15,726 bases of DNA. It comes from a virus. The stretch's first letter is position 1, and each line of letters starts with the position of its first letter. The stretch lies in the IMG/VR virus record IMGVR_UViG_3300045988_107423, one strand, 5' to 3'. This document shows positions 1-7,930 of this stretch, piece by piece. A model generated the notes under the pieces. It was not told where the DNA came from. It searched no databases and saw nothing but the letters and a program-made list of their open reading frames with translations. The position numbers were made by a program, and so were the translations under genes.

Positions 1-50
1 AGGGCTTTCGTTATTCCCAATGAGACCACGACCCCCTTTTGATTAAAAAA
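1..50. repeat. Left inverted terminal repeat (ITR)
   Basis: Positions 1-50 (AGGGCTTTCGTTATTCCCAATGAGACCACGACCCCCTTTTGATTAAAAAA) are the exact reverse complement of 15677-15726. Similarity continues weakly (GCA) after a 2-nt difference in A-run length. Confidence 0.95.
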
Positions 51-88
51 AAGCATGAAATAACCCCATCAATATGATGAGGTTATTT
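45..88 (-). terminator. Candidate intrinsic terminator after the last structural gene
   Basis: Hairpin pairs 58-65 (AAATAACC) with 81-88 (GGTTATTT) and 67-71 (CATCA) with 75-79 (TGATG), loop ATA. On the minus strand a U8 run (plus-strand A45-52) follows after 5 nt. On the plus strand a T-run follows directly, so it could act bidirectionally. Confidence 0.4.
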
Positions 89-106
89 TTTATATTATTT
101 ATTTGT

Positions 107-811
107 TTATTTTGGAATACCATATACACCGATAGCGCTACTCGCGTCAAGACTTGGGTGTGTGCTAATAAAAGTGTGCTCCATACTGCTAGTATTAATT
201 AAGATATGCGTATCATCAGTAACACTAATTTTTATTGAAGTTGTTTTCACGGACTGTGTACCATTAATTAAAGTCTGCTGACAAGCTGTGTATAATTTTT
301 TATCAATTCTATACGCAAATATTGGAGATACACCCTCTGTTGTTTCAATATAGAAGAATCTGTAGTTACTCAAACTATCATTTAGTGTAATACTCTGGTT
401 TTTAATGCTACCTGTCCACAACGTCACATCTTTATTGATGTTATCAACTTTTGAATTTGCGTTATTGGCTCTTAAAAGTGCGCTATTAGCTGTCTGCTGT
501 GCGCTGTCAGCTTTGTTACTTGCCGACGTTGCTGTTTCCTGCGCTGTTTTTACACTCTCTTTCAAACCTGTAACATCTGTCTGTAATGTTGTAATAGCGC
601 TTGTATGCGACTGCACAGTTTTTTCAATTTCTCCTACTCTAGCAAGTGCGCTACCTGCATTTTGTGAAGCTGTGGTTGCTTTATCTTCTGCCCCATGAAT
701 TCCTGCATCAATTTTACTCATGTCGGAGTTGTAATCTCCTAAATACGTTGGTTTGTCAGTTCCAATGTACTGGCTTAAATCATAGTAATTTGTTTTGTTT
801 GTTGAACTCAT
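107..811 (-). CDS. Tail fibre / receptor-binding protein (234 aa)
   Basis: ATG at 811 is preceded by AAAGGAGGA (821-829). The N-terminal YYDLSQYIGTDKPTYLGDYNSDMSKID motif resembles Firmicute phage fibre N-termini. A long Ala/Ser/Thr/Gln-rich coiled-coil-like segment precedes a roughly 100-aa C-terminal globular part. It is the last gene of the structural operon. Confidence 0.5.
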   Translation of the reverse strand: MSSTNKTNYYDLSQYIGTDKPTYLGDYNSDMSKIDAGIHGAEDKATTASQNAGSALARVGEIEKTVQSHTSAITTLQTDVTGLKESVKTAQETATSASNKADSAQQTANSALLRANNANSKVDNINKDVTLWTGSIKNQSITLNDSLSNYRFFYIETTEGVSPIFAYRIDKKLYTACQQTLINGTQSVKTTSIKISVTDDTHILINTSSMEHTFISTHPSLDASSAIGVYGIPK

Positions 812-832
812 AGTTTAAAATCCTCCTTTAAT

Positions 833-1672
833 TTATAATTTTAACGCTGTTTTTGCGTTACTGTCAAATGTGTAAGCGCTTAAAGCTTTAGATTGGAATG
901 CTGTTACCGTCAATAATAAAGCGTCAAACTCGCTAGCTGTAATTGGGTTATTAAAATGCAACTCTGCAAGCTTGTAAATCACATCTTGATAAAAAACATA
1001 CTCACCTGTAAATGGGTCATGCATATATAAGTTGCTATCTACTCTGAATCTTTTTGCACCGTACAAGTCAAACTCTGTACAGTTAATTGATAACCCGTCA
1101 AATTCTGTACAACTTAAGCCCAAAGAATCAAACTCGTTGCATGTCAAAGCATAATAGCGTAGATTGTCATACATATCTGCTAGCGCTTGGTTCAAACTTG
1201 TACGATATCCCCTAACAGGGTTAAGCACTTCCATATTATTTGGTACATAATCATTGATATAATCATAGAGTTTTTTAACTTCTGTGTCAATATGCGCTCT
1301 TGTCTCAGCGTTTAGGTCATAAATCAGAATGTTTAACGCACTGATTTTATCAAGTAAATTTGTCTGTACTTTATTGATTTTTTCGTCAAGCTCATTATCC
1401 CTAGTGTCCATATCATGACGGATATTTGCTTCCACTTCCGTGATATGGTTGTAGATATCACGGTTAAGTCCGTCAATATACGTTTTCAACTCTGAAACTT
1501 TTTCGTCAGTGTACTGTTTGTACGCGTCAGTAAATCCGTTGATAGCGTCTATACACTCATTGACTTTATATCCGATATAACACAAGCATTCATAATAACT
1601 TTGCTTATTACTGTACACGCTAGGAACGTCACAGCAAAGTAAAGGAACTAAAGGCTTTAATTCATTTGCCAT
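833..1672 (-). CDS. Tail appendage or fibre-associated structural protein (279 aa) with Cys-rich N-terminus, coiled coil and xC(N/T)EFD repeats
   Basis: The likely start is ATG 1672 (MANELKPL...), preceded by AAGGTGGTGA (1680-1689). The longer TTG start at 1720 in the ORF track has no RBS and overlaps the upstream gene. The position after the lower collar corresponds to phi29 gene 12. Function is inferred from position only. Confidence 0.4.
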   Translation of the reverse strand: MANELKPLVPLLCCDVPSVYSNKQSYYECLCYIGYKVNECIDAINGFTDAYKQYTDEKVSELKTYIDGLNRDIYNHITEVEANIRHDMDTRDNELDEKINKVQTNLLDKISALNILIYDLNAETRAHIDTEVKKLYDYINDYVPNNMEVLNPVRGYRTSLNQALADMYDNLRYYALTCNEFDSLGLSCTEFDGLSINCTEFDLYGAKRFRVDSNLYMHDPFTGEYVFYQDVIYKLAELHFNNPITASEFDALLLTVTAFQSKALSAYTFDSNAKTALKL

Positions 1673-1689
1673 ACATCTCACCACCTTTT

Positions 1690-2391
1690 TTACCAAACTT
1701 TCATGAATAAATCGCGACAAGCTTCTACAAGTTCTCGATTAATGTTCTGAATTTGTTCGCGATATTCTGCTATTGCTTCGCTTGTTGATTTTCCTCTCAA
1801 TCCTATCTCTTTTGTGTCTCTGTCTCTTTTGCTGTCTTTGTTGTCGTTTCCTGCATGGTTATTGTTTGCCGTTGTTGTAGTGTTATTGATGGTTTCTCCT
1901 CTGCTCATAGCACTTGCATAATCTTGTGTTGCTACGGTAACTTGTGGGTTATCACTATCAATATTTTGGTAATTTTGGTTGTTTTTTACTTCGCTTTGTC
2001 CTGCATCTGTTGAGTTAGTCGTTGTTTTTTCGTTTCCTTTTTCTGCTTCTGTGATTGTTATATTGACATTTGTAAAAGGGTTATCGTTTTGAATTGCTTT
2101 ATACAATTTTGTATAATATGGCGTCAATTCATGCATTTTTGCCATAAAAGCTGTTTTCCACATTCCTAGAGTTTCAAAGCCTATATAATTATTCCAATAC
2201 CTAAGTAAAAAGTATGTTTTAAAAGTATACAGGTCTTTTCTATCCTCTGAGTAAAAAGGAAAATCAAAGTCAAAAAATTTTCCCTGTGTTTTGTCAATGA
2301 TTCTTTGTATGGATAAGTCCATGCTCCATAGTTCTTGGGTCGGGATAAAGCTTTCACAAATATCTTTGATTGTTGTAGTGTATTTACTCAA
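1690..2391 (-). CDS. Lower collar (gp11-like) protein
   Basis: It lies immediately downstream of the portal gene, as in phi29. It carries an FDFDFPFY...YFLLRYWNNYIGFETLGMW segment. The start is uncertain. ATG 2442 lacks an RBS and overlaps the portal gene by 59 nt. TTG 2391 (overlapping the portal stop as ATTGAGTAA, with a GAGG 9 nt upstream), GTG 2400 and ATG 2322 are alternatives. Confidence 0.55.
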   Translation of the reverse strand: MSKYTTTIKDICESFIPTQELWSMDLSIQRIIDKTQGKFFDFDFPFYSEDRKDLYTFKTYFLLRYWNNYIGFETLGMWKTAFMAKMHELTPYYTKLYKAIQNDNPFTNVNITITEAEKGNEKTTTNSTDAGQSEVKNNQNYQNIDSDNPQVTVATQDYASAMSRGETINNTTTTANNNHAGNDNKDSKRDRDTKEIGLRGKSTSEAIAEYREQIQNINRELVEACRDLFMKVW

Positions 2392-3283
2392 TCTCGTCAC
2401 CCTCTTTCCCTTTTTGCATATACTTATCGGGTATATATCCATTAATCATGGTAGGAAGCTCACTGTTAAAGTCAACTGTCACATTTAGTCCCCATAGTTC
2501 ATTGATAGCGTTTGCGCATCTTCTTCTTAATGTCAGTCCTACATTTCTATTAGCTTCAATCTGACCGTTGTTTCCTGCCGTTTCACCTGTAACAAGGCGT
2601 TCGCCTTTTTCTACTGGGTTACTTTCATAACCTAAAGATGTCAATACTTGTGACCATAAATCTCTTAATTCTTGTTCGCATTTATCTACGATATAAGGAG
2701 CGCCCACATCCAGAGCTTTAATATCTTTCAAGTTTAATGAATCGGAAACTTTTAGAACAGGTAAATAATTATCGTACATTTCTCCCAGTATTTCAAAGCT
2801 CATTTTTTCGTTGTCAGAAGAAGAAAGAGCAACAGGCGTACGCTGTGCATACATATTAATATCCTTTGTTTTCCAAGTATTCGCCATTGCATCTGCATAC
2901 ATTAACGCCTTATAGTAATACGGCATAGTCGAATAATTATTCCATAAGATACAACTGTTTTCTTTGCCATATTCTTCGATATATCCGTTTGCAGTATAAG
3001 CTATTCTGTCTTGAGGAATATTATAAATATCTGGTAGACCAGATAATGAAACATTCATAAAAGCATACCCTGCAACATCGTCTTTGATGAATACACCCAA
3101 ACCACGCCAAAATAATGTTTGTTCAATGTACATTGGTAAAACTTCTTTAGGTAGATTATGCCATTGATACCTGTTTACAAATATATCGAAAATATCATAA
3201 AAAAAGATAGATTTTATTGTTTCAAAATCACTGTTTTTCTTTTTATTGACATTTCGTTCAAAAATTCGTAACGGATTTCTCAC
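2384..3283 (-). CDS. Portal / upper collar connector protein (gp10-like, 299 aa)
   Basis: GTG start at 3283 lies 9 nt after GGAGG (3293-3297). Recalled phi29 gp10 blocks align: YQWHNLPKEV (phi29 FEWENLPPTI), AQRTPVAL (AQKTPVLI), DVGAPYIVDK (TDAPYVVDK), KGERLVTGE (KKERMVTDE) and INELWGLNVTVDF (INELYGLNVKVKF). Confidence 0.9.
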   Translation of the reverse strand: MRNPLRIFERNVNKKKNSDFETIKSIFFYDIFDIFVNRYQWHNLPKEVLPMYIEQTLFWRGLGVFIKDDVAGYAFMNVSLSGLPDIYNIPQDRIAYTANGYIEEYGKENSCILWNNYSTMPYYYKALMYADAMANTWKTKDINMYAQRTPVALSSSDNEKMSFEILGEMYDNYLPVLKVSDSLNLKDIKALDVGAPYIVDKCEQELRDLWSQVLTSLGYESNPVEKGERLVTGETAGNNGQIEANRNVGLTLRRRCANAINELWGLNVTVDFNSELPTMINGYIPDKYMQKGKEGDEIE

Positions 3284-3298
3284 TTATATACACCTCCT

Positions 3299-4915
3299 TT
3301 AGTTATTTGATAGACCGTAGTTCCCTATATCATCAGTATGCCACAAAGTCACTCCGTTGTCGAATATATTTCGCAATTTCTTTAACTGGTCTAAATCAAT
3401 GTCACCCGTAAAACCGCAATGTGAGGTTTTTACATAATTCCAATACGCTCTTGAACGTAAATAAGGTGTTGTGATTTTGTTGATTGGATATCCAAATTGC
3501 TCGAAAAAACTATCTGCCATTTCTGCAAATTGTCTTTTGCATGACATTTCATAGAAATCAACACCACACTCTTTGATTCCTGTCAACACGTTTTCTGACA
3601 ATGCTTTTCCATGCGTCACTCCTGCATTTCTCGCTCTGTCTGTTTGATTTGCTAACATTCCAAGAGCGTCCCAAAAAGCGTTTGTTGTTTTACCTAGTCC
3701 GTTAAGACCTCCTTGTAAGCTTCCTCCTGCTAATCCTGCTATCGCTGTTCCTGTTCCTATGGTAGCGTCGACAGCTGTGTGAACTTGAGATAAGGCTATA
3801 GAGCTTTTGTTCTGTGCTAACCATGCCCGATAAGTGTCAGAGGAAAAGGAACACATCGGAAATGAAGAGTTAATAAGAGCTTCATTCATCAAACCGTGTT
3901 CTAAAGCTTCTCTTGTTTTATAATTTTTAGGAGCTGTTAGAACTTGTGGAAGTGTTGCGATTGTTCCGTAGCTGTCGAACTCAATAGAGTTATCGCGATT
4001 ATAGCTGTACTCGTATCTATAAATATGTGTATTTCCCTGATTGTTGTCAGCTAGACAGAATAACCACGGATAAGAATACAACTTTTTGTTTTTTGGTTTA
4101 TAACCCTCAAAAGCATTGTCAGAAATTTGCATACTTGTAATTTTAGGCTTTATTTCTTTCCCTCCTAAAGCAAGTGTACATAATTTAGGGGACATAAACA
4201 GACCGATAACTGCATCTTGTGCGCCTTGGTTGTTGTAATCTTCCAATAATGTGTTGATTCCTTTCAGACCATCTTCTGTGGTCACATCATAATGTCCAAT
4301 ACTGCCCCAGCAATATACACCATTTTCCACACGTCCCTCGAACCAACTTTGTTCCGTTGACCCTCTTGTGACAAAAGCACAACAATCTGTCGGTGTTAAA
4401 TCCAATTTTTTATGTCGTGAAACAATCGTTTCACCTGTCTCTAAATTTACAGGAATTAAATTTGCTCCGATAGAGTCAGCACTTCGTGGTATATGATGAT
4501 ATTCTACAAAGCAAGGCTTGATATTTGCACTATAAAAATTATTTTGAAAAACATCAAGCGAAAAGTTGATTCTAGTTGTTTTTTCTGATAGCCATTCGAT
4601 GGAGTCAATAAAGCAAAAAACCCATTCACTTGAAAGACCTGTGTTTTGAAATGCTAAATAATTTAACTCTAAACATTCCATTTCGGTATAAGGAATTTTT
4701 ACATCCAAATTTCCTACACGAATAGGCGCTAAATGCGATAAATCAACCCCATTAAAGTTGACTCTCCATTTTTCAAGGTGTTCTAGCAAGTCTGCTTTTG
4801 AGTTGTATAGTCTGACATGCTCGTATTCGTCAGACCATGGTACACCACTATACAATCTTAATTTTGTTTCGGGGTTGCGTGGTGCAACCCCTCCTTGAAC
4901 TGGTAAATTTATCAT
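3299..4915 (-). CDS. Tail knob / distal tail tube protein (gp9-like, 538 aa)
   Basis: ATG 4915 overlaps the upstream stop (ATGA), with GGGAGG at 4927-4932. The C-terminus FFEQFGYPINKITTPYLRSRAYWNYVKTSHCGFTGDIDLDQLKKLRNIFDNGVTLWHTDDIGNY closely parallels the recalled phi29 gp9 C-terminus ([64 protein letters not shown]). A Gly/Ala-rich hydrophobic loop (TGTAIAGLAGGSLQGGLNGLG) sits where gp9 has its membrane-active loop. Confidence 0.9.
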   Translation of the reverse strand: MINLPVQGGVAPRNPETKLRLYSGVPWSDEYEHVRLYNSKADLLEHLEKWRVNFNGVDLSHLAPIRVGNLDVKIPYTEMECLELNYLAFQNTGLSSEWVFCFIDSIEWLSEKTTRINFSLDVFQNNFYSANIKPCFVEYHHIPRSADSIGANLIPVNLETGETIVSRHKKLDLTPTDCCAFVTRGSTEQSWFEGRVENGVYCWGSIGHYDVTTEDGLKGINTLLEDYNNQGAQDAVIGLFMSPKLCTLALGGKEIKPKITSMQISDNAFEGYKPKNKKLYSYPWLFCLADNNQGNTHIYRYEYSYNRDNSIEFDSYGTIATLPQVLTAPKNYKTREALEHGLMNEALINSSFPMCSFSSDTYRAWLAQNKSSIALSQVHTAVDATIGTGTAIAGLAGGSLQGGLNGLGKTTNAFWDALGMLANQTDRARNAGVTHGKALSENVLTGIKECGVDFYEMSCKRQFAEMADSFFEQFGYPINKITTPYLRSRAYWNYVKTSHCGFTGDIDLDQLKKLRNIFDNGVTLWHTDDIGNYGLSNN

Positions 4916-5256
4916 GCAATTATGACCTCCCTATCGTGGATAGTTATTAATTCTTTACCATTTATTAGCTTAATAAGTATTTTAGTTTTAATAGTTTGTT
5001 TCTTATCACAAGGTTTAAATAATACACCATTTAAACGGTTATCTAAATAGTAATATGATGTATCTCTATCCCAACGTAAATTTGAGCCGTCATTGTTGTA
5101 TATATCGGTAAAGTACAAATCTTTAATTAAATCGTTTGGGATAAACACTTTTGTATTATTATCAATTCCAATCTTATTCTTATTATATTTATTTGATATT
5201 AATGTAATAGATGTAACATAGTCATAATAATCTATAGATTTAATGCTATTAATCAC
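4912..5256 (-). CDS. Hypothetical protein (114 aa), Asn/Lys/Ile-rich, in the head-fibre (gp8.5) position
   Basis: The ORF exactly fills the gap between the capsid and knob genes. Its GTG start overlaps the capsid stop (GTGA) and its stop overlaps the knob ATG (ATGA). There is no SD and no ATG codon in the frame. The region is visibly more AT-rich than its neighbours. Confidence 0.5.
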   Translation of the reverse strand: MINSIKSIDYYDYVTSITLISNKYNKNKIGIDNNTKVFIPNDLIKDLYFTDIYNNDGSNLRWDRDTSYYYLDNRLNGVLFKPCDKKQTIKTKILIKLINGKELITIHDREVIIA

Positions 5257-6524
5257 ATCTGTTTGGTAAAATTTACAGTTTTTGTGATAGTCTCGTCTGG
5301 TCTGTAAATTGCTTTTAAGACAATCGTTCCCGTCTCGTCCGCTCCTGTGTGAAGTAAATGTGTCCCCGGGATAACGTAAGTCTTTGCTGAGGTTGCACCG
5401 CTGTCAACTTCAAGAGTCACCAAATTCTGATGATATGTGCCTGCACCACCTGTCACAGTTACTTCTACTTCCTGTGTCTGCCCTGCTGTGTAAGTTCCTG
5501 CATTGACGCCTAAAGTTGGTTTTTCAACGACAGCATCCGTTGTAAATACACGAATCGGGTAGAACGGGCTCGCGCTCACCATTTCCACCTGTGTATAGAA
5601 ATAATTCCATGATAACACATTTGCCAATCTCTGGTCAGTCATTTCTTTGAACTGGTCGCGCACATTGAAGAATCGCACGTCGCAAAGAACACCCTGTATT
5701 GCACTATTCGCGAATTTATCTACAATCACTGTCTGAACTGCTACGTCTGCCTTATCCATATGGAACGCATACGCTAAAGCATCAACACTAATCTGTGCAT
5801 TGACTTCCGGTGTTGTTATCCAAATTAGATTTGACGGCATTGCATGAGAAGTTGCTCCGGCTGGATTGTTTTCCGGCAATGGGAAGCCAAACTCTCCAAC
5901 TGCTCTTTTGACCTCAATCAATAACTTTTTCGCTGATGCTTCATCTACAATCGCGTCAACAGTCACTGCCGGAAGCACCTCTTTTTCATACCCGACATTA
6001 ATCAAATCACGCATAGCAAGGTATTCGTCCCAGTTCGCTCCTGTGATAGCGCTCTCCATTTTTGCCATAATCATGTCGCGGATTCCATACTCGCTTGTGA
6101 ATGCTTTTCTCAAGTTGTCATAAGTCACTGTGACAGGGTACTGGATTTCAAGATTTACATTATGAAATACGCTCATAATATAGGACTGGTATTGCTGAAA
6201 AGCAAATTTAAAATCTGCCTGTGAATCATAGACACGTCCTTTACACATATTCACGTATGTTTCCTCGTGTGTTTCACCGTAGCGCATCGGCTCTTTCTTG
6301 AATCGTGCTAACGGGTTTCTCCACGCGATACTATCTACCGTCTGCATACCGATACGGTTAATCAATGACGGTACAATTTCATTTCTGACAGGTGCATAAT
6401 TTAAAATGTTGTCATACACTGCCTGTAAATTGTCTGATACCTCTGTTGGTAAATGATTCTGAACCTCAAAAGAAAGTTCCTGTGTAACCGCTTTTAATAT
6501 ATTCGCGTTTGTTGCTTCTGCCAT
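5253..6524 (-). CDS. Major capsid protein (gp8-like, 423 aa) with C-terminal Ig-like (BIG2-type) domain
   Basis: ATG 6524 has a GGAGG RBS (6532-6536). SLINRIGMQTVDSIAWRNPLARFKKEPMRYGETHEETY parallels the recalled phi29 gp8 [38 protein letters not shown]. The C-terminal roughly 85 aa (TLGVNAGTYTAGQTQEVEVTVTGG...) look like a surface Ig-like domain. Confidence 0.9.
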   Translation of the reverse strand: MAEATNANILKAVTQELSFEVQNHLPTEVSDNLQAVYDNILNYAPVRNEIVPSLINRIGMQTVDSIAWRNPLARFKKEPMRYGETHEETYVNMCKGRVYDSQADFKFAFQQYQSYIMSVFHNVNLEIQYPVTVTYDNLRKAFTSEYGIRDMIMAKMESAITGANWDEYLAMRDLINVGYEKEVLPAVTVDAIVDEASAKKLLIEVKRAVGEFGFPLPENNPAGATSHAMPSNLIWITTPEVNAQISVDALAYAFHMDKADVAVQTVIVDKFANSAIQGVLCDVRFFNVRDQFKEMTDQRLANVLSWNYFYTQVEMVSASPFYPIRVFTTDAVVEKPTLGVNAGTYTAGQTQEVEVTVTGGAGTYHQNLVTLEVDSGATSAKTYVIPGTHLLHTGADETGTIVLKAIYRPDETITKTVNFTKQM

Positions 6525-6536
6525 TTTTATACCTCC

Positions 6537-6818
6537 TTATTCTGTCTTACCGTCAAAGTCTAAATCTTCAACGGTGATTTTTTCTTCTTTTTCATCTTTC
6601 TTTTCTTCTCTGTCTGTGTTAGTAGCTGACTCTTTCATGCGGTCTTTAAAGCGTTTTTTGTACTCAGCTTCGAGTTTGATATATTTATCTTTCCATTCGC
6701 TGTCGGCTTCACCGCTTCTTTCTTCGGCGAATGTCTGTAGAACTTCAATCGCGTCTCCATGTTCTTCCACGTCAGCGACCGCGTCAATTAATTCGTTTAA
6801 AGCTTCATTAAAATCCAT
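6537..6818 (-). CDS. Scaffolding protein (gp7-like, 93 aa, acidic and helical)
   Basis: ATG 6818 has an AAAGGAGGA RBS. It is a small, highly charged Glu/Asp/Lys-rich helical protein immediately upstream of the capsid gene. The call rests on position and composition. Confidence 0.6.
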   Translation of the reverse strand: MDFNEALNELIDAVADVEEHGDAIEVLQTFAEERSGEADSEWKDKYIKLEAEYKKRFKDRMKESATNTDREEKKDEKEEKITVEDLDFDGKTE

Positions 6819-6860
6819 GTAAATATCCTCCTTTTTATTTATTACCCTTTTACAGTTTTA

Positions 6861-6889
6861 ATTATATCACCACGGAAAGAAAAAGTAAA
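6861..6889 (-). promoter_or_regulatory. Candidate sigma-A-type promoter for the scaffold-capsid-tail operon
   Basis: On the minus strand: TTTACT (6884-6889), 17-bp spacer, TGaTATAAT (-10 at 6861-6866). The TGA of the extended -10 is the stop codon of the upstream tail-lysin gene (6867-6869). Confidence 0.55.
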
Positions 6890-7874
6890 GAGGCATTTTT
6901 TTCTTTTTTCCATGTGGGTGTACTGGGTATGGCGATAATGTCTGTAAATACGCATACCATTTTAACGCGTTCTTTTTTCTTTCCTCTTCTTTTTCAACTC
7001 CTGCACGCTCAAAATTTTTTAAAAATACAGACGCGAGATAATTGGGTTCTTTTGTGGACTTTCGAAACTCTTCCCATGATATCGGATATTTCGCTGTCTC
7101 AATCCACTGTCCACTACGTACTGTTTCTTCATCAAGCCAAACACATTGGTAGTAACCGTCTGTAATATCATACCCGTGAGCGTTCGCCCAATCTGTATAG
7201 ACTGTAGCTGGTGTCCACTGTACAAGACCATAGCCACCATTATAGTTCCCCTCTTTTAAGGACTGCCATAATTCAGGGTTGATATTAGATTCTATCTCCA
7301 TATTCCCCAACATTCCTGCAATGGCGTTCAAAGTGAAATCTTTGAAAAACATGGTACTATAGAAAACATAAGCATTGTTTTTCATCTCATCTTCTGTAAG
7401 ATAACGGTTTCCATGAATCCATTCAAGGGGCATTCCTGCACTGTCGCCATAACGATATATCTTTGTCCATGCGGACGGTTTGGAAACATATGTATTAATG
7501 CTGACCTGCTCGGGTAATGGATAACGCCCACTGTGCGCTCCCATAGTGACACCGCCACCCCCAACACCGTTCCCACTATACACCATTTCTGTATGACCAC
7601 TACGCCATACAATGTCCCCTGCCTGCCAAGCCTCATTGATACTAATCTCTTTAAATCCTGCCTGTAATAGATATCCCTCCTCTGTTCTTGTGGTGAACCA
7701 TGGATTCACTGAAAAGAACCCACCTTCTGTAAGTGCTTTTGAAATAAAAGAGCTACAGTCATAATAAGTAATACCGTTCACGGTCTGCCCTCTTCGGTAT
7801 TGCTGAGAATATCCAATATTAGGGGCATTGCACGCATTGACCGCCCACTGATAGGCTACATTAATATTTGGCAT
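6867..7874 (-). CDS. Tail-associated peptidoglycan hydrolase (335 aa): N-terminal NlpC/P60- or CHAP-like cysteine peptidase plus C-terminal phage tail lysozyme-like domain (functional analogue of phi29 gp13)
   Basis: ATG 7874 has an AAGGAGGG RBS. YDCSSFISKAL ... GDIVWRSGHTEMV is a Cys...His papain-like peptidase signature. GMLGNMEIESNINPE...GGYGLVQWTP resembles the phage tail lysozyme family motif. Confidence 0.65.
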   Translation of the reverse strand: MPNINVAYQWAVNACNAPNIGYSQQYRRGQTVNGITYYDCSSFISKALTEGGFFSVNPWFTTRTEEGYLLQAGFKEISINEAWQAGDIVWRSGHTEMVYSGNGVGGGGVTMGAHSGRYPLPEQVSINTYVSKPSAWTKIYRYGDSAGMPLEWIHGNRYLTEDEMKNNAYVFYSTMFFKDFTLNAIAGMLGNMEIESNINPELWQSLKEGNYNGGYGLVQWTPATVYTDWANAHGYDITDGYYQCVWLDEETVRSGQWIETAKYPISWEEFRKSTKEPNYLASVFLKNFERAGVEKEEERKKNALKWYAYLQTLSPYPVHPHGKKKKMPLYFFFPW

Positions 7875-7890
7875 TTACTACCCTCCTTAA

Positions 7891-7910
7891 AATGTTTCAC
7901 GTGAAACATT
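7891..7910. promoter_or_regulatory. parS: Perfect parS-consensus palindrome, copy A (AATGTTTCACGTGAAACATT)
   Basis: The inner 16 bp, TGTTTCACGTGAAACA (7893-7908), match TGTTNCACGTGAAACA exactly. The palindrome extends to 24 bp (7889-7912). It lies 2 nt upstream of the tail-lysin RBS on the minus strand. Confidence 0.75.
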
Positions 7911-7911
7911 T

Positions 7912-7927
7912 TGTTCCACGTGAATAA
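7912..7927. promoter_or_regulatory. Degenerate parS-like site A' (TGTTCCACGTGAATAA, 14/16)
   Basis: It abuts copy A, 19 bp centre to centre, between the endolysin stop and the tail-lysin start. Confidence 0.45.
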
Positions 7928-7930
7928 AAA

